From the NCBI GenBank assembly GCA_965248265.1, contig CBDFJF010000001.1:1344001-1408000 (forward strand): 64,000 bases of DNA, read 5' to 3'. The DNA comes from Candidatus Latescibacterota bacterium. GTDB taxonomy: Bacteria > Latescibacterota > UBA2968 > UBA8231. Below are positions 19,623 to 29,337 of the stretch, in pieces. Positions within the stretch are counted from its first letter, which is position 1. Each line of letters opens with the position of its first letter. The notes beneath the pieces were generated by a model that saw only the letters and a program-made list of their open reading frames with translations, ran no database searches and was not told the DNA's origin. The translations under genes and the position numbers were made by a program.

Positions 19623-21563
19623 TCAAGGGTTTTGCTGGAACCGCAGGAGCTTGCCACCGCCGGCCACCAGGTTTATCTGGGCCCGCGCCCCGTCGGCAAC
19701 CGGCTGCCACTGCCGTGCCTGAGGGTCGAACTCTTCCAATGCTGCCGCGCCGACTACCGTCGTCGTGATCGGCTGCCCGTGGTCCATGTTCACGACCAGG
19801 GCGTGTGAAACCTCGTCGGTGGAACCGAAGTAGCCCCACAGGACACCCTTGTCCTGCTCTGGATTGAAGGGAGGATCCACCCTGAACGGAGCCTCGGCCG
19901 GCAGTACATCTATATGCCATCCCGCGACCCCGCGACCCGATAGGTACACGGCAAGGGAAGTCAGGGGCTGGAGCTGCTCGGCGACGGCGACGAACTCGGG
20001 ATGGATCTGACGCATCGCCTCACCCAGCGGGGTCAGCGGCGCCGCCACGTCAGCCTCGGCGCGCTCCGGCGTCCACTCGATGTCGTCGAACCCGGATACG
20101 CCGCCAAAAAAATCGGAGTAAGCCCAGTAGACGAAATGCATGATGCCCTGGCCGCCGTAGGCCAGGGTGGTATAGCCCAGGAACCTGCTCTCGTCGCCGT
20201 TGGGTATGCGGTGGGACGGACTCACGGAAGCAGCCTGTATGACGTTGATGAAGGGAATGCCTCCGTAGAGTGCCGCCTCGCGCACCAGGTGCAGGTTCAT
20301 GAAGTACTGATTGCCGTCGTCGTTGGTGTAGAGACCGTAGTGGTCGTAGCTGATCAGGTCCGGCTTGACGATGTCGACGTACTGACGCAGATGCTCCCGG
20401 TAGGCCTCGTCGGTACCGCCGGAGGTGCCGAGCGCGCCGGCGCCGGCGTAGGTAGGAAACAGGTTGATGTGGGCCAGGTGAATTGGATCGCGCTCTCGGA
20501 TGTAGGCCACCATCCTTGCGAACTCCGGGAAGCGGACGGCGCTCGGCTCGTCGGTGATGGCGTAGGAATACATGGCGGGATGATCCTTCACAGCGTCGAT
20601 GACCGCGTCGATCCTGGCCTTGGCTGCAGGGTCGTCCAGGTTGCTGGGCTCCCTCATATCCCAGACCAGCAGGTCCATCCGCAACCCGTGGGCATGGGCG
20701 ACGTCGAGGTCTTCGACCGTGGTTCCCCAGGCCAGGGTGAACCCTCCATCGACCAGCTTCTGGGCCATCCCGGGCGTGAATGGACCCCATCTGCCACCTC
20801 CACCCCCCGGACCGTGGTAGTAGCCGACGATGGGCGTGCCCATCTGCCAGATACTTTCACGGTTCTCGGGTTGTACGATAAAATCGATCACCGAGTCACC
20901 CTGAATCACGAGGCCGTCCTGTTCATAAGGCAGCAACCCTGGTCCGGTAATACTCACTCGATAGGTCGGCAGAACTTCCTGGAAGAACACCTTGCCTGCG
21001 GCTACCCCTGGTGTGGAACGTCCCATGGTCCCGTCGTTGAGAACCATCTTTCTGGATTGTTCACCAGAGCCGGCTGAAGTGAGTTTGTAGATGTATACGC
21101 CCGCCGCACTCCCCTGGCCTGAGTCGTCCAGGCCGTCCCAGGTGATCGAATGGGACCCCGCTTCCCGCCACGAATCGACCAGAGTGCGCACCTGCTGACC
21201 CAGACTGTTGTAAACTTCAACCCTTGCGTAACCGGCATCCGGGAGACTGTAAGTGATGACGGTGGATGAGTTGAACGGATTGGGATAATTCTGATGCAAC
21301 TCGAAGGACGAGGGCGTCGTTTCGTCCGCTATCACCGTGGGAATCAGAAGATCAATCCGATATCCACCCTCATCATCAGTAACATCACTGTGCCAATCAA
21401 AGGAATCGTTTTCGTTCGTGAAGGTGATCTCGGCCCCGGCGACCGGTTCGTCACGGGCGGTTTTGACGGTGCCCGAGACTACCATCGCGGCGTGCGCAGG
21501 AAGGACGTGCGAAGCCAGGACTAACAGCACGACCGCCAATCGGTTGCTGCGGATTACTCTCAT
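19623..21563 (-). CDS. Secreted protein: carboxypeptidase-regulatory-like domain with inserted FlgD-Ig domain, plus TIM-barrel glycosidase-like domain (family copy 1)
   Basis: GGAGG RBS then MRVIRSNR signal peptide; QNYPNPFN..WDG; WQMGTPIVGYYHGPG, DEPS, DLISYDHY. Confidence 0.7.
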   Translation of the reverse strand: MRVIRSNRLAVVLLVLASHVLPAHAAMVVSGTVKTARDEPVAGAEITFTNENDSFDWHSDVTDDEGGYRIDLLIPTVIADETTPSSFELHQNYPNPFNSSTVITYSLPDAGYARVEVYNSLGQQVRTLVDSWREAGSHSITWDGLDDSGQGSAAGVYIYKLTSAGSGEQSRKMVLNDGTMGRSTPGVAAGKVFFQEVLPTYRVSITGPGLLPYEQDGLVIQGDSVIDFIVQPENRESIWQMGTPIVGYYHGPGGGGGRWGPFTPGMAQKLVDGGFTLAWGTTVEDLDVAHAHGLRMDLLVWDMREPSNLDDPAAKARIDAVIDAVKDHPAMYSYAITDEPSAVRFPEFARMVAYIRERDPIHLAHINLFPTYAGAGALGTSGGTDEAYREHLRQYVDIVKPDLISYDHYGLYTNDDGNQYFMNLHLVREAALYGGIPFINVIQAASVSPSHRIPNGDESRFLGYTTLAYGGQGIMHFVYWAYSDFFGGVSGFDDIEWTPERAEADVAAPLTPLGEAMRQIHPEFVAVAEQLQPLTSLAVYLSGRGVAGWHIDVLPAEAPFRVDPPFNPEQDKGVLWGYFGSTDEVSHALVVNMDHGQPITTTVVGAAALEEFDPQARQWQPVADGARAQINLVAGGGKLLRFQQNP

Positions 21564-21646
21564 TGATTCCTCCAGTGTTCTTGCCTGCCGGCAACATGCC
21601 GCTGGGTTTCGATGTTTCGTTGCGGCCTCATCGATATGCGTGTGCA

Positions 21647-23653
21647 TCAACGCGCGGCCTGCAGGCGCAGCAACCTGCCACCGCCGGCCACCAGAGTCAC
21701 TTCCGCCCGCGACCCGTCCGAGACCGGGCGCCACTGCCGCGCCTGGGGATCGAACTCCTCCATGACTCCCGGGCCGACTATCGTCCTCGTGATCTCCTTC
21801 CCGTACTCCAGATTCACGACCAGCACGTGTGTGACCTCGTCCATAGACGAGTCCTCGTCCGTGAACGAGACCTCGCCGGTGGACGGGGAGAAGTAGCCCC
21901 AGAGGAGACCTTTTCTCCTGGTGCCAACCGTGAAAGGGGGATCGACCGTAAACGCAGCGTCGTCTGGCAGTTCATCGACAAACCCACCCGCTGGCTTTTG
22001 ACCTGTATGGTACACGGCGAGGGATGTCAGCGGCTGCAGCTGCTCGGCGACGGCGACGAACTCGGCGTGGTTTTGGCCCACCGCCTCGCCCAACGGAGTC
22101 AACGGCGCTGCCGCATCGGCTGCGGCACGCTCCTCCGTCCATTCGATGTCTTCGAATTCGGATATGCCTCCGTGGAAATCGGCGTAAGCCCAGTAGGTAA
22201 AATGCATGATGCCCTGACCGCCGTAGGCCAGCGTGGTGTAGCCCAGGTACCTGCTCTCGTCGCCTGTGGGCACGCGGTGGGTCTCGCTCAATGAAGCCGC
22301 TTGAATGACGTTGATGAAGGGAATGCCGCCGTAGAGAGCGGCCTCGCGTACCAGCGCCAGGTTCGTGAAGTACTGATTGCCGTCGTTGGTCGTGCGCAGG
22401 TTGTAGTGGTCATAGCTGATCAGGTCCGGCTTGACGATATCCACGAACTGACGCAGGTGCTCCCGGTAGGCTTCGATGAGGTCTCCGGACGTGCCCAGCG
22501 CCTCAGCACTGGCGTACGTCGGGAACAGGTTTATGTGCGATAAATGGGCGGGATCGCGCTCGCGGATGTACTCCACCAGCCTGGAGAACTCCGGAAATCT
22601 GACTGCGCTGGGCTCGTCGACGATTCTGTAGGAGTACAGGGCGGGATGGTCCTTCACCCTGTCGATGGCCGCGTCCATCGTCGCCTTGCGGTCCGGGTCG
22701 TCGAGGTAGCTGGGCTCTCTCAGGGCGTAATCGATCAAGTCCAGGCGTAATCCGTGCGCGTGGGCGACGTCGAGGTCTTCGACCGTGCTTCCCCAGGCCA
22801 GGGTAAACCCCCCGTCGACGAGCTTCTGGGCCATCCCGTGCGTCAGTGGACCCCATCGACCCCCTGCACCTCCGGGACCGTGGTAGTAGCCGACGATGGG
22901 AGTACCCAGCTGCCATTTGCGCTGCACGGTGAAATCGAGGACCGCGACTTCCCCCAGCACCAGGCCGCGCTGTTCGAATGGCACAATCCCCGGCTCGGTG
23001 ATGCTCACCCGATAGGTGGGCAGATCTTGCTGGACGACCACTTTGCCCATGGCTGTACCTGCTGGACCTGGTGCAGAAGGTCCTGCAGCCCCATCGCTGA
23101 GAACCATTTTTCTGGTTTTTTCACCAGAGCCGGCTGAAGTGAGTTTGTAGATGTATACGCCCGCCGCACTCCCCTGGCCAGAGTTATCCAGGCCGTCCCA
23201 GGTGATCGAATGAGACCCGGATTCCTGCCAGCCATCGACCAGGGTGCGCAACCGCTGTCCCAGATTGTTGTAGATCTCAACCCTGGTGTAACCGGGATCC
23301 GGGAGACTGTAGGTGATGACGGTGGAGGGGTTGAACGGATTCGGATAGTTCTGGTGCAACTGGAAAGACGAGGGCGTCGTTTCGTCTTCTGCTATCACTG
23401 TGGGAATTGGAGAATCAATCCGGTATCCACCCTCGTTGTCCGTGACATCACGGTACGCCTCAAATGGATCATCCTCGTTCGTGAAGGTGATCTCGGCCCC
23501 GGCAACGGGTTCATTGCCGGCCGTTTCCACGGTGCCCGAGACGACGATCCCGCCCCATACCGGAAGGCTGACCAGCCATACCAGAGCCTGGGACAGGAGA
23601 AATGGGCGGCAACATGGTTTTACCGAACGGTTATTGCAGATTGTCGTTCGCAT
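21647..23653 (-). CDS. Tandem paralog of 19623..21563 (family copy 2)
   Basis: Same architecture; 23120..23179 is identical to 21060..21119. Confidence 0.7.
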   Translation of the reverse strand: MRTTICNNRSVKPCCRPFLLSQALVWLVSLPVWGGIVVSGTVETAGNEPVAGAEITFTNEDDPFEAYRDVTDNEGGYRIDSPIPTVIAEDETTPSSFQLHQNYPNPFNPSTVITYSLPDPGYTRVEIYNNLGQRLRTLVDGWQESGSHSITWDGLDNSGQGSAAGVYIYKLTSAGSGEKTRKMVLSDGAAGPSAPGPAGTAMGKVVVQQDLPTYRVSITEPGIVPFEQRGLVLGEVAVLDFTVQRKWQLGTPIVGYYHGPGGAGGRWGPLTHGMAQKLVDGGFTLAWGSTVEDLDVAHAHGLRLDLIDYALREPSYLDDPDRKATMDAAIDRVKDHPALYSYRIVDEPSAVRFPEFSRLVEYIRERDPAHLSHINLFPTYASAEALGTSGDLIEAYREHLRQFVDIVKPDLISYDHYNLRTTNDGNQYFTNLALVREAALYGGIPFINVIQAASLSETHRVPTGDESRYLGYTTLAYGGQGIMHFTYWAYADFHGGISEFEDIEWTEERAAADAAAPLTPLGEAVGQNHAEFVAVAEQLQPLTSLAVYHTGQKPAGGFVDELPDDAAFTVDPPFTVGTRRKGLLWGYFSPSTGEVSFTDEDSSMDEVTHVLVVNLEYGKEITRTIVGPGVMEEFDPQARQWRPVSDGSRAEVTLVAGGGRLLRLQAAR

Positions 23654-23670
23654 GAATTCTCTAATCTATA

Positions 23671-23699
23671 CCAATCCGAGCTGATGCCCTATCATGTCA
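23671..23699. repeat. 29-bp intergenic element, copy A
   Basis: ccaatccgagctgatgccctatcatgtca; matches 26939..26967 at 27/29 positions. Confidence 0.8.
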
Positions 23700-23745
23700 G
23701 ACGACTTGCCGGTTCATACACCCACCATATCAGGAGGAATAACCG

Positions 23746-24123
23746 ATGGCTAATCCATTCTGTCACATGGAACTCCAAACCGATGACGTCGACAAAGCGC
23801 GCGGCTTTTACAGCGAACTGTTCGATTGGGAGGTCGAAGAGCTGCCGATGGGCGAATTCACCTACACCATGATGAAACCAAACGTCGGTGACCCGCAGGT
23901 CATGGGCGGGATCACGCCGAAACAGGCCCCTGACGCGCCCAACCACTGGCTCTCCTACATCGCCGTTGAAGACGTTGACGCAACCCTGGCCAAGGCCAGA
24001 GATCTCGGCGGCAACGTGCTCGCCGACAAGATGGAGATCCCCGAGAACGGCTGGATGGGTGTCGTGCAGGATCCGACCGGCGCCGTGTTCGGCCTCTGGC
24101 AGGCGATGGAAGACGCCAGCTGA
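23746..24123 (+). CDS. VOC/glyoxalase family protein
   Basis: HMEL, FYSELFDW, WLSYIAVEDVD, DPTGAVFGLWQ; AGGAGG RBS. Confidence 0.9.
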   Translation: MANPFCHMELQTDDVDKARGFYSELFDWEVEELPMGEFTYTMMKPNVGDPQVMGGITPKQAPDAPNHWLSYIAVEDVDATLAKARDLGGNVLADKMEIPENGWMGVVQDPTGAVFGLWQAMEDAS

Positions 24124-24140
24124 TTGTTTCAAACACACAC

Positions 24141-24170
24141 GCCCCGGGGTGCCGCCAGCCCCGGGGCTTC
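24141..24170 (+). terminator. GC-rich hairpin, possible terminator
   Basis: gccccgggg-N9-ccccggggc just after the VOC stop; the U-tract is weak. Confidence 0.4.
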
Positions 24171-24349
24171 CCAATGTACAGGTGTCACAGGGGGCGCCCG
24201 CATCCCGAAAAGACGTGGTTCTTACGGGTCGATGACGAAATCGTGACAAAGCGAGCGGCGAAACAGGCATCTCACTGCCACTGGTGGCTCACGTGAAGCG
24301 CTGCAATCGCCAGACAAGCACGCATGCGAATGACTGATCGCCGCTGCTG

Positions 24350-25969
24350 ATGCCCGTCATCGTCGACATCGGCAGCCGCCGACAGCTTCTCCTGGACGAC
24401 CACGTGATAGAGCGAACGGAGGGGGCGCAGCGCCGATTGCACCGACCAAGGCGCTACGGCCATGTGCCTCTGCTCGAGGCCGACCGGCCGTGGGAGCAGG
24501 GCGGTAACGGCGTGTCGCTGCTGGGCGGGACGGTGCTGTACGACGAGGAGGAGTGCACGTTCAGGATGTGGTACCGCAATTCCCGCGTCGTAAGGACCAA
24601 CGCGGGCTACGAGACCCCACACACCAGAGGTTACACCTCGTGCTACGCCGTCTCAGAGGACGGTCTGAACTGGGAGAAGCCCGACATCGGTCAGGTCGAT
24701 TTCGAGGGCTCGACACGCAACAACATCCTACCTCCTGGCATCGGGGGCAGCGCATTCATCAGACGCCCCAACCTGATCGTCGACTACGAGGACTCCGACC
24801 CCGGCAGACGCTACAAGATGGCCTACATGGACGAGGTCGGCGGCCGCTGGGCGCTCTCCCAGGGCTACTCCGCCGACGGCATACGATGGCAGATGAACGC
24901 GGGGACACCCACATACTTCCAGCCGCCCATCATTCCCAACGGGGTGCTGTTCGGTTGGGACCCCAACTGCCAGCGCCATGTCTTCTTTCACCGGACCTTC
25001 ACACGGGTGCCGGCCGACGTCGACGGGCGCACCGTACGGCGCGACGGGGCGCTCGTGCGCTCCACCAGTGTGGACTTCGATGGGTGGGGGGACACACAAC
25101 AGATCATCGGCAGGTCCGATACAGACCCGCCCGGTTGGGAGCCCGGTCACCTCGGCGTGCTTGCCGCGCTCGCGTACACCGAGGAGATTTACGTCGGCTT
25201 CCTGGACGTCTGCACCGCCTACCATGTGGAGGACGTGCCGGAAGAGCTGTGGAGCACGGTCTACCAGGACGAGCATGCCGAGCATCACACGGAGCTGCTG
25301 GTCAGCCGCGACGGACTGCGATGGGATCGGGTAGCGCCCCAATGGGAGTTCCTGCGGCCCGGACTGTCGGGCACATGGGACGACACGATCGTCGCCGTGG
25401 CCAAACCCGTCGTATGGAAGGACGAGATCCTGCTGTACTACACCGGTCGGAACCTGCCCTGCGGGGCCCAACTGCCCGATCATCCGCAAAGCGGCCTGTT
25501 GAACAAGGTCATCGACGGCCGCCGCATGGGTTACGCGATCGGTCTGGCGCGGATGCGCCTCGACGGCTTCGCGTCGATCGAGGCCTACGAGGATGGCGGG
25601 ACCATGACGACCAGGCCCATGCGCTTCACTGGCGACCGGCTGTACATCAACGCGCGAGCGCCGCAGCGACCGTTCGGCGCCGCGGCATCACCCTCGGATC
25701 CGTGGGGCAGCGTCAGGGTAGAACTCCTGGATGTCGATGAGCGACCGGTAGATTCCTACGGCTGTTCCGAGTGCGAACCCTGGACGGGTGACGAGGTGCG
25801 CGACGAGATCACGTGGATGAGCCGTCCCGATCTGAGACGTTTGAGCGGCCAGCCGGTGCGCCTGAGGTTTCACCTGCGCAACGCCGCGTTGTATTCGTTC
25901 CAGTTTGCCGACGCGAGGCCGTCGCCCGTGAGTATCCCAGCACCCGGTAGCCGCGGTGGTGGCGCCTGA
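24350..25969 (+). CDS. Five-bladed beta-propeller glycosidase-like protein (GH32/43-like)
   Basis: RQLLLDD, PWE, FRMWY, YAVSEDGLNWEKP, SRDGLRW, LARMRLDGFAS. Confidence 0.7.
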   Translation: MPVIVDIGSRRQLLLDDHVIERTEGAQRRLHRPRRYGHVPLLEADRPWEQGGNGVSLLGGTVLYDEEECTFRMWYRNSRVVRTNAGYETPHTRGYTSCYAVSEDGLNWEKPDIGQVDFEGSTRNNILPPGIGGSAFIRRPNLIVDYEDSDPGRRYKMAYMDEVGGRWALSQGYSADGIRWQMNAGTPTYFQPPIIPNGVLFGWDPNCQRHVFFHRTFTRVPADVDGRTVRRDGALVRSTSVDFDGWGDTQQIIGRSDTDPPGWEPGHLGVLAALAYTEEIYVGFLDVCTAYHVEDVPEELWSTVYQDEHAEHHTELLVSRDGLRWDRVAPQWEFLRPGLSGTWDDTIVAVAKPVVWKDEILLYYTGRNLPCGAQLPDHPQSGLLNKVIDGRRMGYAIGLARMRLDGFASIEAYEDGGTMTTRPMRFTGDRLYINARAPQRPFGAAASPSDPWGSVRVELLDVDERPVDSYGCSECEPWTGDEVRDEITWMSRPDLRRLSGQPVRLRFHLRNAALYSFQFADARPSPVSIPAPGSRGGGA

Positions 25970-25997
25970 CTGAAGAGAATTGGACTTTGAGGATTAT

Positions 25998-26849
25998 ATG
26001 GCGGAGAAAAAAATTGATATGGTGACGGAAGAGCAAATCAGATTCTTCGATGAAGAAGGTTATCTAAACTATGGCAGGGTCTTTGAGCAACGCGAAGTCG
26101 AAGGGCTCCTCGATGCCATGGATCGGATCGTTCGTATCGAGCTGGAGGGAGGAGATGACTCTTCGTGTGAGTTCCAAACGGGACATCGGCGCACGATCAA
26201 AGAGGCCCATGAGGAGGTCCGCACGCTTACCCAATACGTCAACGTTTGGAAGCGGGACAAGGCATACGACCGAGCGATTCGCAGTCCCCTGATCACCGGA
26301 ATTGTCAAGGCTCTGCTGAAGACGCGGGAGGTTCGTCTATGGCACGACCACATCATCTCCAAGCCCCCACAGGACAACGCCCATTTCAAGTTCCACCAGG
26401 ATTTTTACAATTGGCCTCTATCCGAACCGAACATCTTGAGCTGCTGGATCGCCCTGGATGACGCCACCGTCGACAACGGCTGCATGCATGTGATCCCCGG
26501 CAGCCACCGCGACCCGCGTTTCTCTCCCGCGGCCAAGAACAAGGAGCTCAAGGCGTTGGAGCGTGATCCCAATCTCAGGACGGAGAGGATGGAGATGCAG
26601 GAAAGCCCAGCCAGCGCCGGAGTACCGGTCGAGTTGAAGTCGGGGGAGTGCATGTTCCACCACTGTCTCAACTTTCACGCGACCCCACAGAACACGACCG
26701 ATCGCCAGCGTCGAGCCTTCGTGATCATCTACGTAGGCAAAGGGGTCGCATTCTCTTTGGCCCAGGCAGCAGGCCATGTCCTGGTGCCGACTATCCCGGT
26801 TCAAGAAGGAGAACCCCTCGAGGGTGAAGGTTTTCCACTAGTGGCCTGA
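25998..26849 (+). CDS. Phytanoyl-CoA dioxygenase (PhyH) family Fe(II)/2OG enzyme
   Basis: HQD, WIALDDAT..NGC..IPGSH, distal His and R.R motifs. Confidence 0.9.
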   Translation: MAEKKIDMVTEEQIRFFDEEGYLNYGRVFEQREVEGLLDAMDRIVRIELEGGDDSSCEFQTGHRRTIKEAHEEVRTLTQYVNVWKRDKAYDRAIRSPLITGIVKALLKTREVRLWHDHIISKPPQDNAHFKFHQDFYNWPLSEPNILSCWIALDDATVDNGCMHVIPGSHRDPRFSPAAKNKELKALERDPNLRTERMEMQESPASAGVPVELKSGECMFHHCLNFHATPQNTTDRQRRAFVIIYVGKGVAFSLAQAAGHVLVPTIPVQEGEPLEGEGFPLVA

Positions 26850-26938
26850 GACCTCGCTATCCCACGCAATGTCCGTCGTCATTGTTGTCCTCGTTCGAGT
26901 GGACGGCGAGACGCTCGCATGAGTTCTCTCCGCGATTT

Positions 26939-26967
26939 CCAATCCGGGCTGATGCCCTATCGTGTCA
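26939..26967. repeat. 29-bp intergenic element, copy B
   Basis: ccaatccgggctgatgccctatcgtgtca. Confidence 0.8.
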
Positions 26968-27057
26968 TCCAACAAGTCACATGGCTACCAAGCTGACGTT
27001 TGTCGATGTTTTGAGCTTGAACTTGAGCAATAAAGCCGAGTTGGCATTGGAGATTCC

Positions 27058-28356
27058 ATGATCAGCAAAACGACGACAGGAGCGCTGGCGATTGCGCTGG
27101 CCGCGACCATGGCAGTGGCCGACGAATGGCCGCAGTGGCGGGGCCCGGCAGGCGACGGCGTGTGGCATGAAAGCGGAATCGTCACCGAGCTGCCCCAACC
27201 TGCCATACCCCTCCGGTGGCGAGCGAAAATCTCGAGCGGTTACAGCGGGCCCACGGTGGCAGACGGCCGCGTCTTTGTCATGGACCGCGTCACCAGCCCG
27301 AGCCAGATCGAGCGCGTTCACTGCTTCGCATGGCAGACCGGAGAGCTGCTGTGGTCGCACCAATACGAGCGCGAGTATCGGAATGTCGACTTCATCGCCG
27401 GCCCTCGCGCTTGTGTGGCCATTCACGACGGACTGGCCTACGCCCTCGGCACGATGGGCGATCTTCACTGCCTCGATGCCGAATCGGGTAAGGTCGTCTG
27501 GCGCAAAGACCTGTTGGAAGAATACGGGATCCGCATGCCGATCTGGGGCATTGCTGCCTCGCCGATCGTTTTCGGAGACCTGGTAATCGTGCAGATCGGC
27601 GGCACCTCTGCCTGTCTCGTCGCCTTCGATCGCCGTACCGGCAAGGAAATGTGGAAAGCACTCGATGATCGGGCCTCCTACTCCACCCCACTGATCGTCG
27701 AGCAGAATGGCGAAACAATCCTGGTGTGCTGGACGGGCGACTACGTTGTCGGCCTCGATCCCCGCAGCGGGCAAACACACTGGAAGTACCCGAATCCCCC
27801 GAAGGAAATAGTCATCTCGATCGCGTCACCCGTCATCGATGGCGACAGGCTCTTCGTCACGAATTTCTACGACGGCTCGCTGATGCTGCGACTGCTATCC
27901 GATCGTCTGGCCGTGGAAAAAACCTGGCGCCGCGCAGGCTCCTCGGAACTGCAGACCGACGCTCTCCACTCGACCATCACCACACCTCTCATCATCGGCG
28001 ACCTCATCTACGGAATCGACAGCTACGGAGAGTTCCGGGGACTGGACGCCGCCACCGGCGAGCGCGTGTGGGAGAGTTCGGAGATCGTGCCGAGGGCGCG
28101 GTGGGCAACGGCTCATCTGGTGCGCAACGACGAACGGGTGTGGATCCTCAACGAGCGCGGCAAGCTGTTGATCACCAGCCTCACACCACAAGGCGCTCTA
28201 ATCCACAGCGCTGCGCATCTGATAAAACCGACCCGCGATCAGCTCAATCAGCGGGATGGCGTGGTGTGGTCGCAGCCGGCCTTCGCCTATCGTCACGTCT
28301 TCGCCCGCAACGACGAGGAGCTGGTCTGCGCCGACCTGAGAGCTGGCTCACAGTAA
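27058..28356 (+). CDS. PQQ-like (BamB-type) beta-propeller protein, secreted
   Basis: Signal peptide; WPQWRGP; repeated CLDA.SGKVVW. Confidence 0.85.
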   Translation: MISKTTTGALAIALAATMAVADEWPQWRGPAGDGVWHESGIVTELPQPAIPLRWRAKISSGYSGPTVADGRVFVMDRVTSPSQIERVHCFAWQTGELLWSHQYEREYRNVDFIAGPRACVAIHDGLAYALGTMGDLHCLDAESGKVVWRKDLLEEYGIRMPIWGIAASPIVFGDLVIVQIGGTSACLVAFDRRTGKEMWKALDDRASYSTPLIVEQNGETILVCWTGDYVVGLDPRSGQTHWKYPNPPKEIVISIASPVIDGDRLFVTNFYDGSLMLRLLSDRLAVEKTWRRAGSSELQTDALHSTITTPLIIGDLIYGIDSYGEFRGLDAATGERVWESSEIVPRARWATAHLVRNDERVWILNERGKLLITSLTPQGALIHSAAHLIKPTRDQLNQRDGVVWSQPAFAYRHVFARNDEELVCADLRAGSQ

Positions 28357-28416
28357 CATCGCACAGTGCGCCGGGCGCATCCCAGCGCGACGCAAATCAT
28401 CAGAGGAGACAATCGC

Positions 28417-29316
28417 GTGACGCAGGCCATTCCAACCGCAGTGCTGGGCCGCACCGGACTGAAAGTCACCCGGCTCGGGTTCGGCACCGCCATCAGAGGC
28501 AATCCCGACGACGAGCACTGGAACAAAGTGCTGAACTCGGTGCTGGACGCGGGGATCAACTTCATAGACACCGCCAACGACTATGGCGTTAACAAAGGAA
28601 ACCCGGCCGAAGAGCAGATCGGAAAACAGATCTCCGGACGCCGGTCGGAGTTCTACCTCGCTACCAAGTGTGGATGCCCTCCCGGGGGCGGCGAGCACAT
28701 CTGGACGCGGGAGAACGCCTTCCGGGGATTACACGAGAGCCTGGAGCGGATGCAGACCGACTACGTGGACGTGATGCAGTACCACAATCCCTCAGTTGAG
28801 GAATGCGAGGCTGGTGACTTGGTGGCCGTGCTCGAGGATATGCGCAAGCAGGGCAAGGTGCGCTGGATAGGCGTCTCGACGACGCTGCCACACCTGGCGA
28901 CGTTCCTCGAGTGGGGGGTGTTCGACGTCTTCCAGATCCCCTACTCCGCCCTGGAGCGGGAGCACGAAGAGTGGATCACCAGGTCCGCACAAGCGGGAAC
29001 CGGCATTGTCGTCCGCGGCGGGGTGGCCCAGGGCGAACCTGATGCCGCCGCGGGAGAGGGGCAGGTGAACAGGTGGAAGATGTTCGAGGCGAATCTCGAC
29101 GAGCTGGTCGATGAAGGGGAGAGCCGTACCACGTTCATGCTGCGGTATACCCTGACGCATCCCCACTGCGATACAACCATCGTGGGCACTACCCGCATCG
29201 ATCACCTCGAAGAGAACCTGGCTGGTGTCATGAAAGGACCACTCTCTCCCGACACCTACGCCGAGGCCAAGCGCCGCCTGGACGCCGCCGGTGAGAAACC
29301 CGAGGCGGTTGCGTAA
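28417..29316 (+). CDS. Aldo/keto reductase
   Basis: LGRTGLKVTRLGFG, GINFIDTANDY, ATK, GKVRWIGVS; GAGGAG RBS before GTG. Confidence 0.9.
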   Translation: MTQAIPTAVLGRTGLKVTRLGFGTAIRGNPDDEHWNKVLNSVLDAGINFIDTANDYGVNKGNPAEEQIGKQISGRRSEFYLATKCGCPPGGGEHIWTRENAFRGLHESLERMQTDYVDVMQYHNPSVEECEAGDLVAVLEDMRKQGKVRWIGVSTTLPHLATFLEWGVFDVFQIPYSALEREHEEWITRSAQAGTGIVVRGGVAQGEPDAAAGEGQVNRWKMFEANLDELVDEGESRTTFMLRYTLTHPHCDTTIVGTTRIDHLEENLAGVMKGPLSPDTYAEAKRRLDAAGEKPEAVA

Positions 29317-29337
29317 TCCTTCCCACTGGCGGGAACC

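Noticed and set aside
21564-21734. Extended starts of ORFs 19623..21734 and 39928..41517
   Set aside because: They overlap the upstream paralog's 3' end. RBS, signal peptide and ATGA coupling support 21563 and 41304.
24180-24349. Possible cobalamin riboswitch (GCCACTG present)
   Set aside because: The other conserved elements (AGGGAA, GGGAAG, B12 box) are missing, and the downstream gene is unrelated to B12.
24553-25740. Long alternative-frame and antisense ORFs (also 8264..9556, 2954..3988, 13442..14566, 20001..21077)
   Set aside because: Shadow ORFs expected at high GC; they overlap well-supported genes and show no family motifs.
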